NCBI GenBank assembly: GCA_964424265.1
Contig: CAYRHX010000002.1
Span: 3,345-67,344, forward strand
Source of the DNA: an uncultured Candidatus Saccharibacteria bacterium
Lineage (GTDB): Bacteria > Patescibacteriota > Minisyncoccia > Phycocordibacterales > UBA2100
Length of the DNA: 64,000 bases
Direction: 5' to 3'
Below the pieces are notes generated by a model, which saw only the letters and a program-made list of their open reading frames with translations, had not been told where the DNA came from and did no database searches. Position 1 is the first letter of the stretch; each line of letters starts with the position of its first letter. Both the position numbers and the translations under genes were made by a program. Positions 27,222 through 36,985 of the stretch are shown one piece after another.

Positions 27222-28562
27222 ATGAAAAGCACATTTCACATACAACGTTCGAGACATAAGGAAAGCCGGGGGCAGATCTTGATATTAACGCTCGTATTGT
27301 TTGCCGCTATCGCGGTAACTGCAGTCACGGGGGTTTCCGCACCAATTCTCCGCGAAATCCGCATTGGTAAAGATTTGCAACTCTCCAAACAAAGCTATTA
27401 CACCGCGGAGGCAGGGAGCGAGGACGCATACCATCGCATACGCAGCAACCTTGCCACATCGTTCCCCTCGACCCTCGCGGTAGGCGGCGCAACGACCACC
27501 ATTACTCTCTCCACCATCGACCTATCGAATCAGGAGATCGTCTCCGTCGGCAACATGAATAATCACATACGAACCATCGTAAAAGAAATCACGGTCACTG
27601 ACGGATTCGACTTCAACTTTGCGCTTCAAACAGGCGTGGGCGGTATATCCATGAGTAACAACGCGAGTGTAAACGGCAACGTTTATTCAAGCGGACCGGT
27701 GACGAGCACCAATTCAAATTCAAACCAATATAATTACGTCCATGGGGCTATCGTTTCTGCCGGACCAACCGGGCTTGTGCATCAGATACACTCCACAAGC
27801 AGTGTCTATGCGCACACTATTACCAATTCCACGATTGATAAAGACGCGTACTACATAACCTTCGCAGGCGCCACATCGAGCGTGACCGTATCAGGGGTGA
27901 AGTATCCAAACAGCGCCGACCAACCAACCATCCCGATGCCAATATCCGATGAGCTGATCGCCTCATGGGAGACAGACGCCGTAGCAGGAGGTACCGCCAC
28001 ATGCACAAATGGCACCTACTCGATCACATCGAACGTGACGATCGGTCCAAAGAAAATACCGTGCAACCTATCGATCAGCGGCAGCGGAACCACCGTGACG
28101 CTACGGGGCGCACTCTGGGTCACGGGGAACATCACGATCGCCAACTCCTCAGTTATGAGGGTTGACGATTCTGTAGGGAACAAAAGCGTCCCCGTCATAG
28201 CGGACAAACCAGGTAACAATGCCACGAGCGCGCTTATCTCAATCAGCGGAAGCTCCAACTTCTACGGCTCCACCGGCAACTCGAGCTCATACGTGATGTT
28301 GATTTCGCAAAACAATAGCGCGGAAACAGGGGGCAACAACCTCGCGATAGACATCGTGAATGGCGCTACGGGAAACCTTCTTACGTACGCCGCGCACGGG
28401 CAGGTCCGACTCCAAAATAACGTCAACTTGCGTGAAGTAACCGCATACAAAATCACCCTTCTAAACAACGCGATCGTTAACTACTCGATTGGCCTTGCAC
28501 AGCCGTTGTTTACTTCGGGGGCAGGAGGATCGTGGAAAATTAAGAGATGGAAAGAGCGCTAG
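27222..28562 (+). CDS. Large pilin-like protein (446 aa) with N-terminal hydrophobic pilin-type helix but no Glu5; Thr/Ser/Asn/Gly-rich beta-rich body (possible minor pilin/tip protein)
   Basis: MKSTFHIQRSRHKESRG|QILILTLVLFAAIAV...; last gene of the pilin operon. Confidence 0.5.
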   Translation: MKSTFHIQRSRHKESRGQILILTLVLFAAIAVTAVTGVSAPILREIRIGKDLQLSKQSYYTAEAGSEDAYHRIRSNLATSFPSTLAVGGATTTITLSTIDLSNQEIVSVGNMNNHIRTIVKEITVTDGFDFNFALQTGVGGISMSNNASVNGNVYSSGPVTSTNSNSNQYNYVHGAIVSAGPTGLVHQIHSTSSVYAHTITNSTIDKDAYYITFAGATSSVTVSGVKYPNSADQPTIPMPISDELIASWETDAVAGGTATCTNGTYSITSNVTIGPKKIPCNLSISGSGTTVTLRGALWVTGNITIANSSVMRVDDSVGNKSVPVIADKPGNNATSALISISGSSNFYGSTGNSSSYVMLISQNNSAETGGNNLAIDIVNGATGNLLTYAAHGQVRLQNNVNLREVTAYKITLLNNAIVNYSIGLAQPLFTSGAGGSWKIKRWKER

Positions 28563-28707
28563 AGCATGTTTGAAAACGTTTAACCGGAGTGAGAGGCGGT
28601 ATTTCCGAGGAATCCCCGCAGCACGAAGATTGCGAGGATTGAGGATTTTTCAGCAGGAAAATCCGGGTTCCGAGGGAATACCGCCTCGAAGCGAAGGTTT
28701 GGAAGCA
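28560..28707 (+). mobile_element. MITE-like ~147-bp inverted-repeat element, copy 2
   Basis: TAGAGCATGTTTGAAAACG...GGATTTTTCAGCAGGAAAATCC...GGGAATACCGCC...GGTTTGGAAGCATG; begins on the stop codon of the pilin-like gene and sits between convergent gene ends. Confidence 0.7.
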
Positions 28708-28739
28708 TGCCCTAGCTGTGTCCCAATCACCGTTCCGCG

Positions 28740-29957
28740 TTAAATATTTTGTGAGAGCCCATAGATCGGCGCGATCATGGCGACCGCGAAGAAGCCTACC
28801 GCGCCGCCGATGAAGAGCATGAGGAATGGTTCGATTATGGTCGACATGTCTTTCGTATTGCGATCTACTTCGTCTTCATAAAAGATCGCTATTCGCTTCA
28901 TCATCTCGCCCACATCCCCCGTCTCTTCCCCAACAGCCATCATCTCGCCCACAAACGGAGGGTACAAATCGGGGCGACGCATAAATGCGGCCGAAAGCGG
29001 CTGGCCCGATGAAACCGAGCGCGACGCATCTTCAATGACTGCTCGAAAATACGAATTTTGCACAACATCTTTCACGATAGCGAGCGCACTTATCACATCA
29101 ACGCCCGAGGAAAGAAGCGATGCGATCGTGCGCGCGGTGCGCGCCGCGTTGACCTCGCGAACCATGTTGCCAATGAGTGGGATGTGCAAGAAGCCGAAAT
29201 CGATACTGCGACGTCCCCATGCTGTGCGCGATACGAAATAGATCGTAGCAACAAGGCCAAACACACTCCCGAAAGCGAGAAAGGTGTGCTGAGTGAGAAA
29301 ATTGCTCACCCCGATCACAAACTGTGTCGTGGCAGGTAATTCCCCACCCATTTCTTTAAACGTCGCCGCGAGAGTGGGCACTACTTGCGTCATCATGAGA
29401 TACCCAACACCAACAATTGCTACGAGAATGACGCATGGATATACGAGAGCGCCACGAATCTTTCTTTTCAAGGTATACATGCGCTCGGTTTGATCGGCAA
29501 TTACCTGAAGTGACTGCGATAACCCGCCGCTTTCTTCGCCAGCGCGCACCATGGCAACAAAAAGCCGCGAGAAGACACCCGGATTCTTTGAAAGCGCGCT
29601 GAAGAGCGTGTCTCCCCTTCGCACATCACTCGCCACTTGCGATAACGTGAGCGACATTTTCGCGTTCTTCGTCTGCCGCTCCATGAGCGCAAGCGCTCGC
29701 GAGAGCGAGAGACCCGCGGAAAGCATCGCGCCCAGATTTCGCGCAAAAAGGATTTTCTCATACTCAGTTACGCGCGAAAGCAGCGCGTTCCAATATGTAA
29801 GACTCAGCATGCTTCTGGCCCCCACCTCATGAATGAAGAGGAGATGGGCGCCTTCGCGTCTGATAATGTTGTAGACTTCAAAACGATCTGCAGCATCTGC
29901 GACTCCTTTGTAAATCTCACCGTCGGCCTTTTCCGCCGTGTACGTGTAATGCGCCAT
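28740..29957 (-). CDS. pilC: Type IV pilus assembly platform protein PilC (GspF family)
   Basis: 405 aa, polytopic, two T2SS-F domains (MAHYTYTAEKADGEIYKGV...). Confidence 0.9.
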   Translation of the reverse strand: MAHYTYTAEKADGEIYKGVADAADRFEVYNIIRREGAHLLFIHEVGARSMLSLTYWNALLSRVTEYEKILFARNLGAMLSAGLSLSRALALMERQTKNAKMSLTLSQVASDVRRGDTLFSALSKNPGVFSRLFVAMVRAGEESGGLSQSLQVIADQTERMYTLKRKIRGALVYPCVILVAIVGVGYLMMTQVVPTLAATFKEMGGELPATTQFVIGVSNFLTQHTFLAFGSVFGLVATIYFVSRTAWGRRSIDFGFLHIPLIGNMVREVNAARTARTIASLLSSGVDVISALAIVKDVVQNSYFRAVIEDASRSVSSGQPLSAAFMRRPDLYPPFVGEMMAVGEETGDVGEMMKRIAIFYEDEVDRNTKDMSTIIEPFLMLFIGGAVGFFAVAMIAPIYGLSQNI

Positions 29958-30012
29958 TTATGTTTAGTATAGCGCGCGAAACGCGCCCGAATTTCTTTTT
30001 CCACTCTACACA

Positions 30013-31755
30013 CTACTCGGTAATCACGCGCAGCACTTCTTCGATGGTGGTTACCCCCTGAACAGCTTTGAAGATTCCGTCTTCACTCATGCTGAGCATA
30101 CCCTCGCTTCGCGCCTGTTTGTCGATTGCATCGCCCGTCGCGCCCTTCATGACCAACTCTTTGATCGTCGACACCATTGGTAAGACCTCGTAAATACCGA
30201 CGCGACCCGAAAACCCGCTTGCAGTCACACCATTTTCTTTCGCACGGAAAAAAGGGATGTCCTTCCATAAAGCATTTTGAGCGACGACCTTTTCTTCTTT
30301 CAGCGCCTTAAGCACGGTGGCAGGATCAATGACGTGCTCGAGCATTTCTCTCTCTTCGCGTGAGAGCGTGTACTGTTCTTTGTCGGCGCTTAGGCGTCGG
30401 ACGAGCCGCTGCCCCACTACTACGCGAAGTGTCGAGACGAGAAGAAATGGCTCTACACCCATGTCGAGCAAACGCGCAACAGCTCCGGCAGCAGAATTCG
30501 TGTGCAAGGTGGAGAGCACTAAATGGCCCGTGAGCGCCGCGTTGATCGCAAGAGAGGCTGTTTCTTTGTCGCGAATTTCACCGACCATGATGATGTCCGG
30601 ATCCTGACGAACGAGACTACGAAGGCCGTTGGCAAAGGTAAATCCGATATCCGGTCGCACTTGTGTTTGATTCACACGCGGCATCTGATACTCGATAGGA
30701 TCTTCGATGGTCGAAATATTCACGTCCGGCGTATTCACGATGTCGAGCAGTGTATAGAGCGTTGTCGATTTTCCCGCGCCCGTCGGGCCTGTTGCGAGCA
30801 TCATTCCGGTCGTCTTGCGCATAGCCTCATGCATGCGCTCGAGCGCTACGCCATGAAACCCTATGGATTCGAGCGTAAATCCAGAAATCGAATCGCGCAG
30901 AAGGCGCATGACGATCTTCTCCCCGTAATATATTGGCAAAATCGAAACACGAAAAGAAATCTTCTCACCAGAACTTTCTGCGCCAAACCTTCCATCTTGC
31001 GGCAATCGATGCTCGTCGAGTTTCATATTGGCCAAAACCTTGATGCGTGCGGTGATGGCAGCGGCAGCATGCTTGGGGATCTCCATGGCATCGTGCAAAA
31101 TGCCGTCGATTCGATAGCGGATAAGAAGCGTACCCTCGAGCGGCTCGATGTGAATATCGGAAGCGCCTTGCGCATTTGCGTGCCTGATGAGCGTGTCGAC
31201 AAGGCGGACCGCAGGCACACCCTCGGCCATCTGCTTCAGGTCTTCCTCCTTCACTTCACCCGCGGAACCCTTCTCGAGCGCAGCGGTCTCTCGATGGATG
31301 ACGTCGCCCAAATTATCCTTGAGCTCTTGCTGGTAGAGCTTGAGCGCAAGCTTTATTGATGCGACATCGGTAAGTCGGGGCAGGATTTTCAAATGAGTCT
31401 TCTTCTTTATGAAATCAATCGCTGCCAGATCATCGGTGTCGAGCATCGCCACTTCGAGCTCCTCACCGCGATGATTGTAGGCGATGATGTTGTTGCGGCG
31501 AGCGACAGGCTCAGGGATCATCGAGAGCGTTTCGAATTTGACGTTGGTCCCGGCAAGCGAAACAAACGGAATTCCCAAAATATATGCATAGGTGCGACGC
31601 AACTCATCCTCACCGATGGCATTCTTTGCTTTCAAAACATCCCCCACAGGCTTTCCCGTTTCTTTTGCCTCAGCTTCTGCAATATCAAAATCCTTTTGCG
31701 ATACCAAACCCGCATCAGCGAGAAATGATTTGAGATGTGTATCGGAGATGTACAT
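30013..31755 (-). CDS. pilB: Type IV pilus assembly ATPase PilB (GspE family)
   Basis: Walker A GPTGAGKSTTLY, ...IMVGEIRDKETA..., LVLSTLHTNSAAGAV. Confidence 0.9.
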   Translation of the reverse strand: MYISDTHLKSFLADAGLVSQKDFDIAEAEAKETGKPVGDVLKAKNAIGEDELRRTYAYILGIPFVSLAGTNVKFETLSMIPEPVARRNNIIAYNHRGEELEVAMLDTDDLAAIDFIKKKTHLKILPRLTDVASIKLALKLYQQELKDNLGDVIHRETAALEKGSAGEVKEEDLKQMAEGVPAVRLVDTLIRHANAQGASDIHIEPLEGTLLIRYRIDGILHDAMEIPKHAAAAITARIKVLANMKLDEHRLPQDGRFGAESSGEKISFRVSILPIYYGEKIVMRLLRDSISGFTLESIGFHGVALERMHEAMRKTTGMMLATGPTGAGKSTTLYTLLDIVNTPDVNISTIEDPIEYQMPRVNQTQVRPDIGFTFANGLRSLVRQDPDIIMVGEIRDKETASLAINAALTGHLVLSTLHTNSAAGAVARLLDMGVEPFLLVSTLRVVVGQRLVRRLSADKEQYTLSREEREMLEHVIDPATVLKALKEEKVVAQNALWKDIPFFRAKENGVTASGFSGRVGIYEVLPMVSTIKELVMKGATGDAIDKQARSEGMLSMSEDGIFKAVQGVTTIEEVLRVITE

Positions 31756-31853
31756 GCGAAAAAATCTTACGAGTCACGCGAGCAATGTTTACCCCGCCGA
31801 GAAAGATGGCGCATCTCGTAACACACAAATTATACCACTCTCTCGATTCACAT

Positions 31854-33008
31854 TTACAAACCAGTCTTACCCGCATCTGTACTTTGCAAAATATTTCTTG
31901 TGATGCTCGCGAGCCTCTCCGCATCGGCCAACATGAGCCCAGGGACCGTAATCCCACCCCCAACAACTACAGTGCGACCGTTGACGATCACGCTGCCCGT
32001 TGCCGCATTCCGAATAACGACATTCGCGATTCCGAACATGCGAGCAAGGACATTTTGTGAAACGCTTACATCTTGAATCGAACGGTACGGAAGATGTCTT
32101 TCTTCCCTCGCAAGAATCCCTGAGCGCATAACTATATATTCTGGAAGAAACTCAAAAGAGAAAAAGATCTTCCATAAAATGGGATGAGCAAGATTTCCAA
32201 CAATCAGCACGGGCACTAAGATCATATTCGCCATAAGTAAATACCCTTCCAGCCCCATCATCGCGGCAATAGACAGATCTCTATTCTGACCCCGAGCAAA
32301 TATCAACGTATTGAGCGCGAATATAATGATAATCGCGGTACCGAGCCCGACAAGCGTATACAAAAGGACCCATCGACGGGAAACGGGAAACACGCTACTA
32401 GATATTCCCTGCGGAACGACGACCTTTGCTACCGGAGCAGAATGGGGCTCGGTAGACGGCATCGAACCGAGAGCGCCTGAGGGTTCACCCGATCCATGTG
32501 CGACACGCCTCAGCAGCAACTCTTTTAGACCTTCCGCAGCCGCGTAATCAACGCCATCGATATGTGCTTCCATCGCCGACACGGCCGTCGCGCTTGCGAT
32601 GTGAACATCGTAGAGGCCCATGATCCGATCCAGAATGTCTTGGTCTACGTACACATCTTGTATCTTCTGAAATTGCACATGAATCTCGGCGGGAGCAAAT
32701 ACGCCCTTCTTGATCGTGATGAATTGATTATTGATATCGTAAAAGTATCGACGAATGTACACTCGCACGAACCATGCGTACAGAACGATAAACAAGATCC
32801 CTAGTAGAGCTACCCAAAAACTAAAGAATGCCGCCACGGATGGCGACATTTGACCTCCCTCACCACCGACTGGAAGACTGATCAACCACAGCGATACCGG
32901 AATGATTTCAAGAAGCACAAACGCGACGACGAGAAAAGGAATCCGTTCTATCATCTTCTTCCAAAACTTCCTGGGGCTTAATGGATACTTTGACTGTAAG
33001 GTGGGCAT
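31854..33008 (-). CDS. Membrane protein with duplicated bacterial PH (bPH_2/YdbT-like) domains
   Basis: Two TM pairs, each followed by a bPH-like segment (...ITIKKGVFAPAEIHVQFQKIQDVYV... / ...REERHLPYRSIQDVSVSQN...). Confidence 0.55.
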   Translation of the reverse strand: MPTLQSKYPLSPRKFWKKMIERIPFLVVAFVLLEIIPVSLWLISLPVGGEGGQMSPSVAAFFSFWVALLGILFIVLYAWFVRVYIRRYFYDINNQFITIKKGVFAPAEIHVQFQKIQDVYVDQDILDRIMGLYDVHIASATAVSAMEAHIDGVDYAAAEGLKELLLRRVAHGSGEPSGALGSMPSTEPHSAPVAKVVVPQGISSSVFPVSRRWVLLYTLVGLGTAIIIIFALNTLIFARGQNRDLSIAAMMGLEGYLLMANMILVPVLIVGNLAHPILWKIFFSFEFLPEYIVMRSGILAREERHLPYRSIQDVSVSQNVLARMFGIANVVIRNAATGSVIVNGRTVVVGGGITVPGLMLADAERLASITRNILQSTDAGKTGL

Positions 33009-33213
33009 ACATCTTGGGACAAATAATAAGCGCTACTGGCATGATATCACTGGTTTAGGTACACACATGCGGCGAATTAACTTTCCTGATCGCGCGACAA
33101 GGTAAAACCCTGTCGCGTACTTCAAAGTGCAAGCGCGACCCAGTGCGCCTCAAAGATCCCCGCAAGCGAATCGTGAAACTTGTGGCTTTGTGCAAAGAAC
33201 GTCAATGTTCCGT

Positions 33214-33498
33214 TCATGACGAACCATTCAACTTTTTAAATTCTGTTACGGGAATAAACTTCCTCATATCTTCAGCGCTGTTTGCTCCATATTTATGGAC
33301 CAATACAGTTGGCTCACCTGACGTGTGGTCTTGTATGACCCCAAGAACCTGCCAATCACCCTCAATGGTGCCGTCGGATCGTTTCACCATCGCTTTGTCC
33401 CCTACTTTAATGCCAAAATTCTCTGGCGTGGACGTGCTAACACGGTGTTCCATTTCAGGAGGTGCAGCTTTCCTTCGAAACATTCCCTCTAAACCCAT
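33214..33498 (-). CDS. Hypothetical small protein (94 aa)
   Basis: ORF only. Confidence 0.3.
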   Translation of the reverse strand: MGLEGMFRRKAAPPEMEHRVSTSTPENFGIKVGDKAMVKRSDGTIEGDWQVLGVIQDHTSGEPTVLVHKYGANSAEDMRKFIPVTEFKKLNGSS

Positions 33499-33647
33499 AA
33501 CGTATGTATTTATCAGTAATATTGATTATGGTAGCACGGGGGGTCGATCTGTCCTTTAGTCTAGACTGCCGTACTCGAATCAATTCCACTATGCGAAGTC
33601 GGGGGTATTGCCTTCGACCTTGCATACAGGCGGGGCGAAGTTTTTTC

Positions 33648-33675
33648 TTGACACCGAGCCCCTCTGATATATACT
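33648..33675 (+). promoter_or_regulatory. Putative sigma70 promoter TTGACA-16-TATACT upstream of nusA, followed by leader hairpin CCGCC-cta-GGCGG + T-tract (33685-33710)
   Basis: Seen directly in the sequence. Confidence 0.45.
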
Positions 33676-33758
33676 GTCTACATTCGTTCCGCCCTAGGCG
33701 GACGTTTTCTTTAAAAGGCGTGCCTATAAACTACTAACTAAGGACTACAAGCTATCTT

Positions 33759-34967
33759 ATGGCTCTATTCGACCTCAAATCACTCAATTCGGCTCTCGAC
33801 GAGCTCCAGCAGGAGCGCGGTATCTCGCGCGAAAGCGTAACCGAGGCACTCTCGACTGCCCTAGCCGCCGCATACCGCCGCGAGTACGGAAAGCGCGGGC
33901 AAATCATCCGTGCGACATTTAACCCAACGACGGGCGACATGGAATTCCGCCAGGCAAAGATCGTCGTCGACAACACGCTCGTGCGCGCAGAAGGAGAAGA
34001 CGCGGGTGACGATGATCACCGCTCACGATTCAACCCGGAGCAGCACATCATGATAGAGGACGCGCGACGTATCAAGCGCGATGCGCAACTCGACGAAGAG
34101 ATATCGTTCCCTCTTGAACCCCAGGAAGATTTTGGACGCATTGCCGCGCAAGCTGCAAAGCAGGTCATCATGCAGAAGGTCCGTGAAGCGGAGCGCGCGA
34201 GCATCATCACCGAGTACGGACAGCGCGAAGGCGACATCGTGACGGGTCACGTGCAACGCTTCGAGCGAGGCAACCTTTTCGTCGACCTTGGTCGCGCGAC
34301 AGCCATTCTCCCCTATGATGAACAGATCCCTGGCGAGCGGTATCGACAAGGTGAGCGCGTGCGCGCACTCCTCTTGCGCGTCGACGAAGGCGTACGTGGC
34401 ACATTCATTCGCCTCTCTCGTTCTCACCCCCGCTTTCTTACCAAACTTTTCGAGGCAGAAGTACCTGAAATGGCGAGCGGCATTGTGGAAGTTAAGGGTA
34501 TTGTGCGAGAGCCCGGCAGCCGCGCCAAGATCGCGGTGTTCTCCAACGACGACCATGTAGATCCTGTGGGCGCTCTCGTGGGTCAGCGCGGCGTACGAGT
34601 CGCGGTCGTCACATCCGAGCTCGGCGGAGAGAAAATCGATGTCATCGAATGGTCTGCAGATCCTGTGGCATACGTAAAAGAATCTCTCAAGCCTGCACAG
34701 GTACACTCAGTCGAACTCATTGAGTCCGAGGCTCGCGCAATCGTACAGGTCGCTGAAGATCAGCAGTCGCTCGCGATTGGCCGCGGGGGCCAGAATGTGC
34801 GCTTGGCAGCACGACTTACCGGCTGGAAGATCGACATCCGATCTGCCGGAGGCGAACAGGTCGCAAGTGCGGATGAAACGGCCGTAGAGACCCCTGAAGA
34901 GACCGTCGCGGAAGCTGCCGCTACTGAAACACCGGCCGAACAGCCAGAAGAAACTTCGAAAGAGTAA
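33759..34967 (+). CDS. nusA: Transcription termination/antitermination factor NusA
   Basis: N-terminal domain, S1 (GDIVTGHVQRFERGNLFVDLG), KH1/KH2 (...LAIGRGGQNVRLAARLTGWKIDI...). Confidence 0.9.
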   Translation: MALFDLKSLNSALDELQQERGISRESVTEALSTALAAAYRREYGKRGQIIRATFNPTTGDMEFRQAKIVVDNTLVRAEGEDAGDDDHRSRFNPEQHIMIEDARRIKRDAQLDEEISFPLEPQEDFGRIAAQAAKQVIMQKVREAERASIITEYGQREGDIVTGHVQRFERGNLFVDLGRATAILPYDEQIPGERYRQGERVRALLLRVDEGVRGTFIRLSRSHPRFLTKLFEAEVPEMASGIVEVKGIVREPGSRAKIAVFSNDDHVDPVGALVGQRGVRVAVVTSELGGEKIDVIEWSADPVAYVKESLKPAQVHSVELIESEARAIVQVAEDQQSLAIGRGGQNVRLAARLTGWKIDIRSAGGEQVASADETAVETPEETVAEAAATETPAEQPEETSKE

Positions 34968-35066
34968 TATTCAATTCGAAATTCAACGCGCGGCGCGCCC
35001 AAGGCGCGCCGCTTTCGTATCCCCTGAAGACTTTTCAAACACGTCATTTCTGTTACACTCTCATCT

Positions 35067-35606
35067 ATGAACCTCTGGCACGATATACCTCTCGGCGAAA
35101 GTGCGCCCGAAGAATTTAATGTGATTGTAGAGATCCCTCGCGGCTCGCACAATAAATACGAGATCGACAAAGAGACTGGCCTTATCAAACTCGATCGCGT
35201 CAATTTCTCTGCTTCCCCATACCCTTTTGATTATGGTTTTGCGCCACAAACGCTCTGGGACGATGGCGATGCGCTCGATGCCGTCATCCTCACCACCAAT
35301 CCGATTCCCCCAGGCATCTTGGTCACCGTGCGCCCTGTCGGCATCATGGAAATGACAGACGACGGTGAGTCCGACGACAAGATTATTTGCGTTCCCACCG
35401 AAGACATCCGCTTTGATAATGTAAAAAACATTGAGGATGTGAATCCACACACACTCAAAGAGATGAAGCATTTCTTCGAGCACAACAAGGCACTCAAGAA
35501 GAAGCCGGTCCCTATCACCGTCCACGGATTCAAGGGGCGCGACGACGCGCTCGCCGCTATCAAAAAGTCGGTTGAGACGTACAACAAGAAATTCCCTAAG
35601 AAGTAA
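35067..35606 (+). CDS. ppa: Inorganic pyrophosphatase
   Basis: ...NVIVEIPRGSHNKYEIDKETG...DGDALDAVIL... are family I PPase motifs. Confidence 0.9.
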   Translation: MNLWHDIPLGESAPEEFNVIVEIPRGSHNKYEIDKETGLIKLDRVNFSASPYPFDYGFAPQTLWDDGDALDAVILTTNPIPPGILVTVRPVGIMEMTDDGESDDKIICVPTEDIRFDNVKNIEDVNPHTLKEMKHFFEHNKALKKKPVPITVHGFKGRDDALAAIKKSVETYNKKFPKK

Positions 35607-35609
35607 GTC

Positions 35610-35909
35610 TTGAGTTGTCCACTCCCTCCGTCGCTACACGAGGATAACTCGTGGCTATACTATAATGAAACCCTTATGCCTACGAACCAACAGCTTCCTC
35701 CTCCCACTCCCCCTTTTGATCCCGTAGATCATCTTCTACCGCCGGCTCACGCGCGATCACCCATCGGGCCGACCATTGGGATCATAATCATCATTCTCAT
35801 TCTGATTACCGGGGCTATCTACCTCTGGCGCACTAGCGCAGACCACCCGAATCGAAACGACAATCTACCCCTCATCCCCGGAGATATCGCGAGTGAAGCG
35901 ACTCAATAA
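35610..35909 (+). CDS. Hypothetical small Pro-rich membrane protein
   Basis: ORF with a single TM (IGIIIIILILITGAIYLW). Confidence 0.3.
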   Translation: MSCPLPPSLHEDNSWLYYNETLMPTNQQLPPPTPPFDPVDHLLPPAHARSPIGPTIGIIIIILILITGAIYLWRTSADHPNRNDNLPLIPGDIASEATQ

Positions 35910-35970
35910 GCTCTCTTTTCATACTTTTTCCCCGAACACGCGCCTCTTGGCCGTGGTGTAAGATTGTGAC

Positions 35971-36933
35971 ATGAGCGAGAGCCCTCAATTTATCGGGAGA
36001 AAGTACTCCGACGAAGAACGAGCTGACCTGCGAGAAGTGTTAATGGAGCGGTCCAAAGACTCACTACGGCCACTTGAGGGTGAGTTCGAAAAGACTCCGG
36101 AAGAACTGCATATAATCGAGGTTGCGAACGATCTGCTCCGCATGGAACTTGATTCGCTCGGAATCCCCAATTACCGATCTATAGAGCCAGCGAGAGTCCA
36201 CATGTTGACGGGCGATGTTTACACCAAACATTTCCCTCATTTAGCATCTGCGTGGGGTCACGTTACTTCGTCCACCGATATGATCGTAGTAAACAAGGAA
36301 TTTGCTGCCTCACCGTTGATACAATTTGCAGTCACTTTGCATGAAATGATACATCGCGCCTCCACCATGAGATTCTACGAACCTAAAAATGGCAGGATTA
36401 CCACTGCCCGAAGTGGCTATAAAATCAACTCTCCCTGGAAGGAGACGCTTGGGTATGACGAATTAGCCGGCTTCAACGAAACGATTGTGGAGTACACAGA
36501 AAAAAAGATCGTCGCCAATGAAAGCAACACGCTGCAACGAGAGTTCGGTGTTTCGAATGATGCGTTGCAACGGATACCGTATCCATACGCCATATACGCC
36601 CCCCTCTTGCACACGATTTCGCGTGGCATCGCAGCGAACAAAGAAATTCCTATTCAGCGCGTGTTAGATACGCTGGAGCGAGGGCAATTCCAAAAAACGA
36701 TCCTGGCACTAAAAGACCTAGAACCCGCCTTCGGCAAAGGAGCGTTGCGAGTCCTCGCATGTCTCGGCGCGCTCTCAGATCCGAGTGCGCGGACACACAT
36801 AGACAATATGGTCTCACAATATTTTGATACTGAAAACGAAAACGATCGTTTCGATACAATGGCGCGTATTCGAGAGGTCTTCGAGAAATACCTGAAGCGG
36901 CAGGTAGTAAAAGCTGCCCCTGCGAACCGATAG
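35971..36933 (+). CDS. Hypothetical protein with HExxH motif (LHEMIHRAS), possible metallopeptidase-like
   Basis: ORF; single motif only. Confidence 0.35.
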   Translation: MSESPQFIGRKYSDEERADLREVLMERSKDSLRPLEGEFEKTPEELHIIEVANDLLRMELDSLGIPNYRSIEPARVHMLTGDVYTKHFPHLASAWGHVTSSTDMIVVNKEFAASPLIQFAVTLHEMIHRASTMRFYEPKNGRITTARSGYKINSPWKETLGYDELAGFNETIVEYTEKKIVANESNTLQREFGVSNDALQRIPYPYAIYAPLLHTISRGIAANKEIPIQRVLDTLERGQFQKTILALKDLEPAFGKGALRVLACLGALSDPSARTHIDNMVSQYFDTENENDRFDTMARIREVFEKYLKRQVVKAAPANR

Positions 36934-36985
36934 CAGCCACGAATCACTTCTTGGGCCTTAGATCGTTTTCTGTTACACTCGCGCG

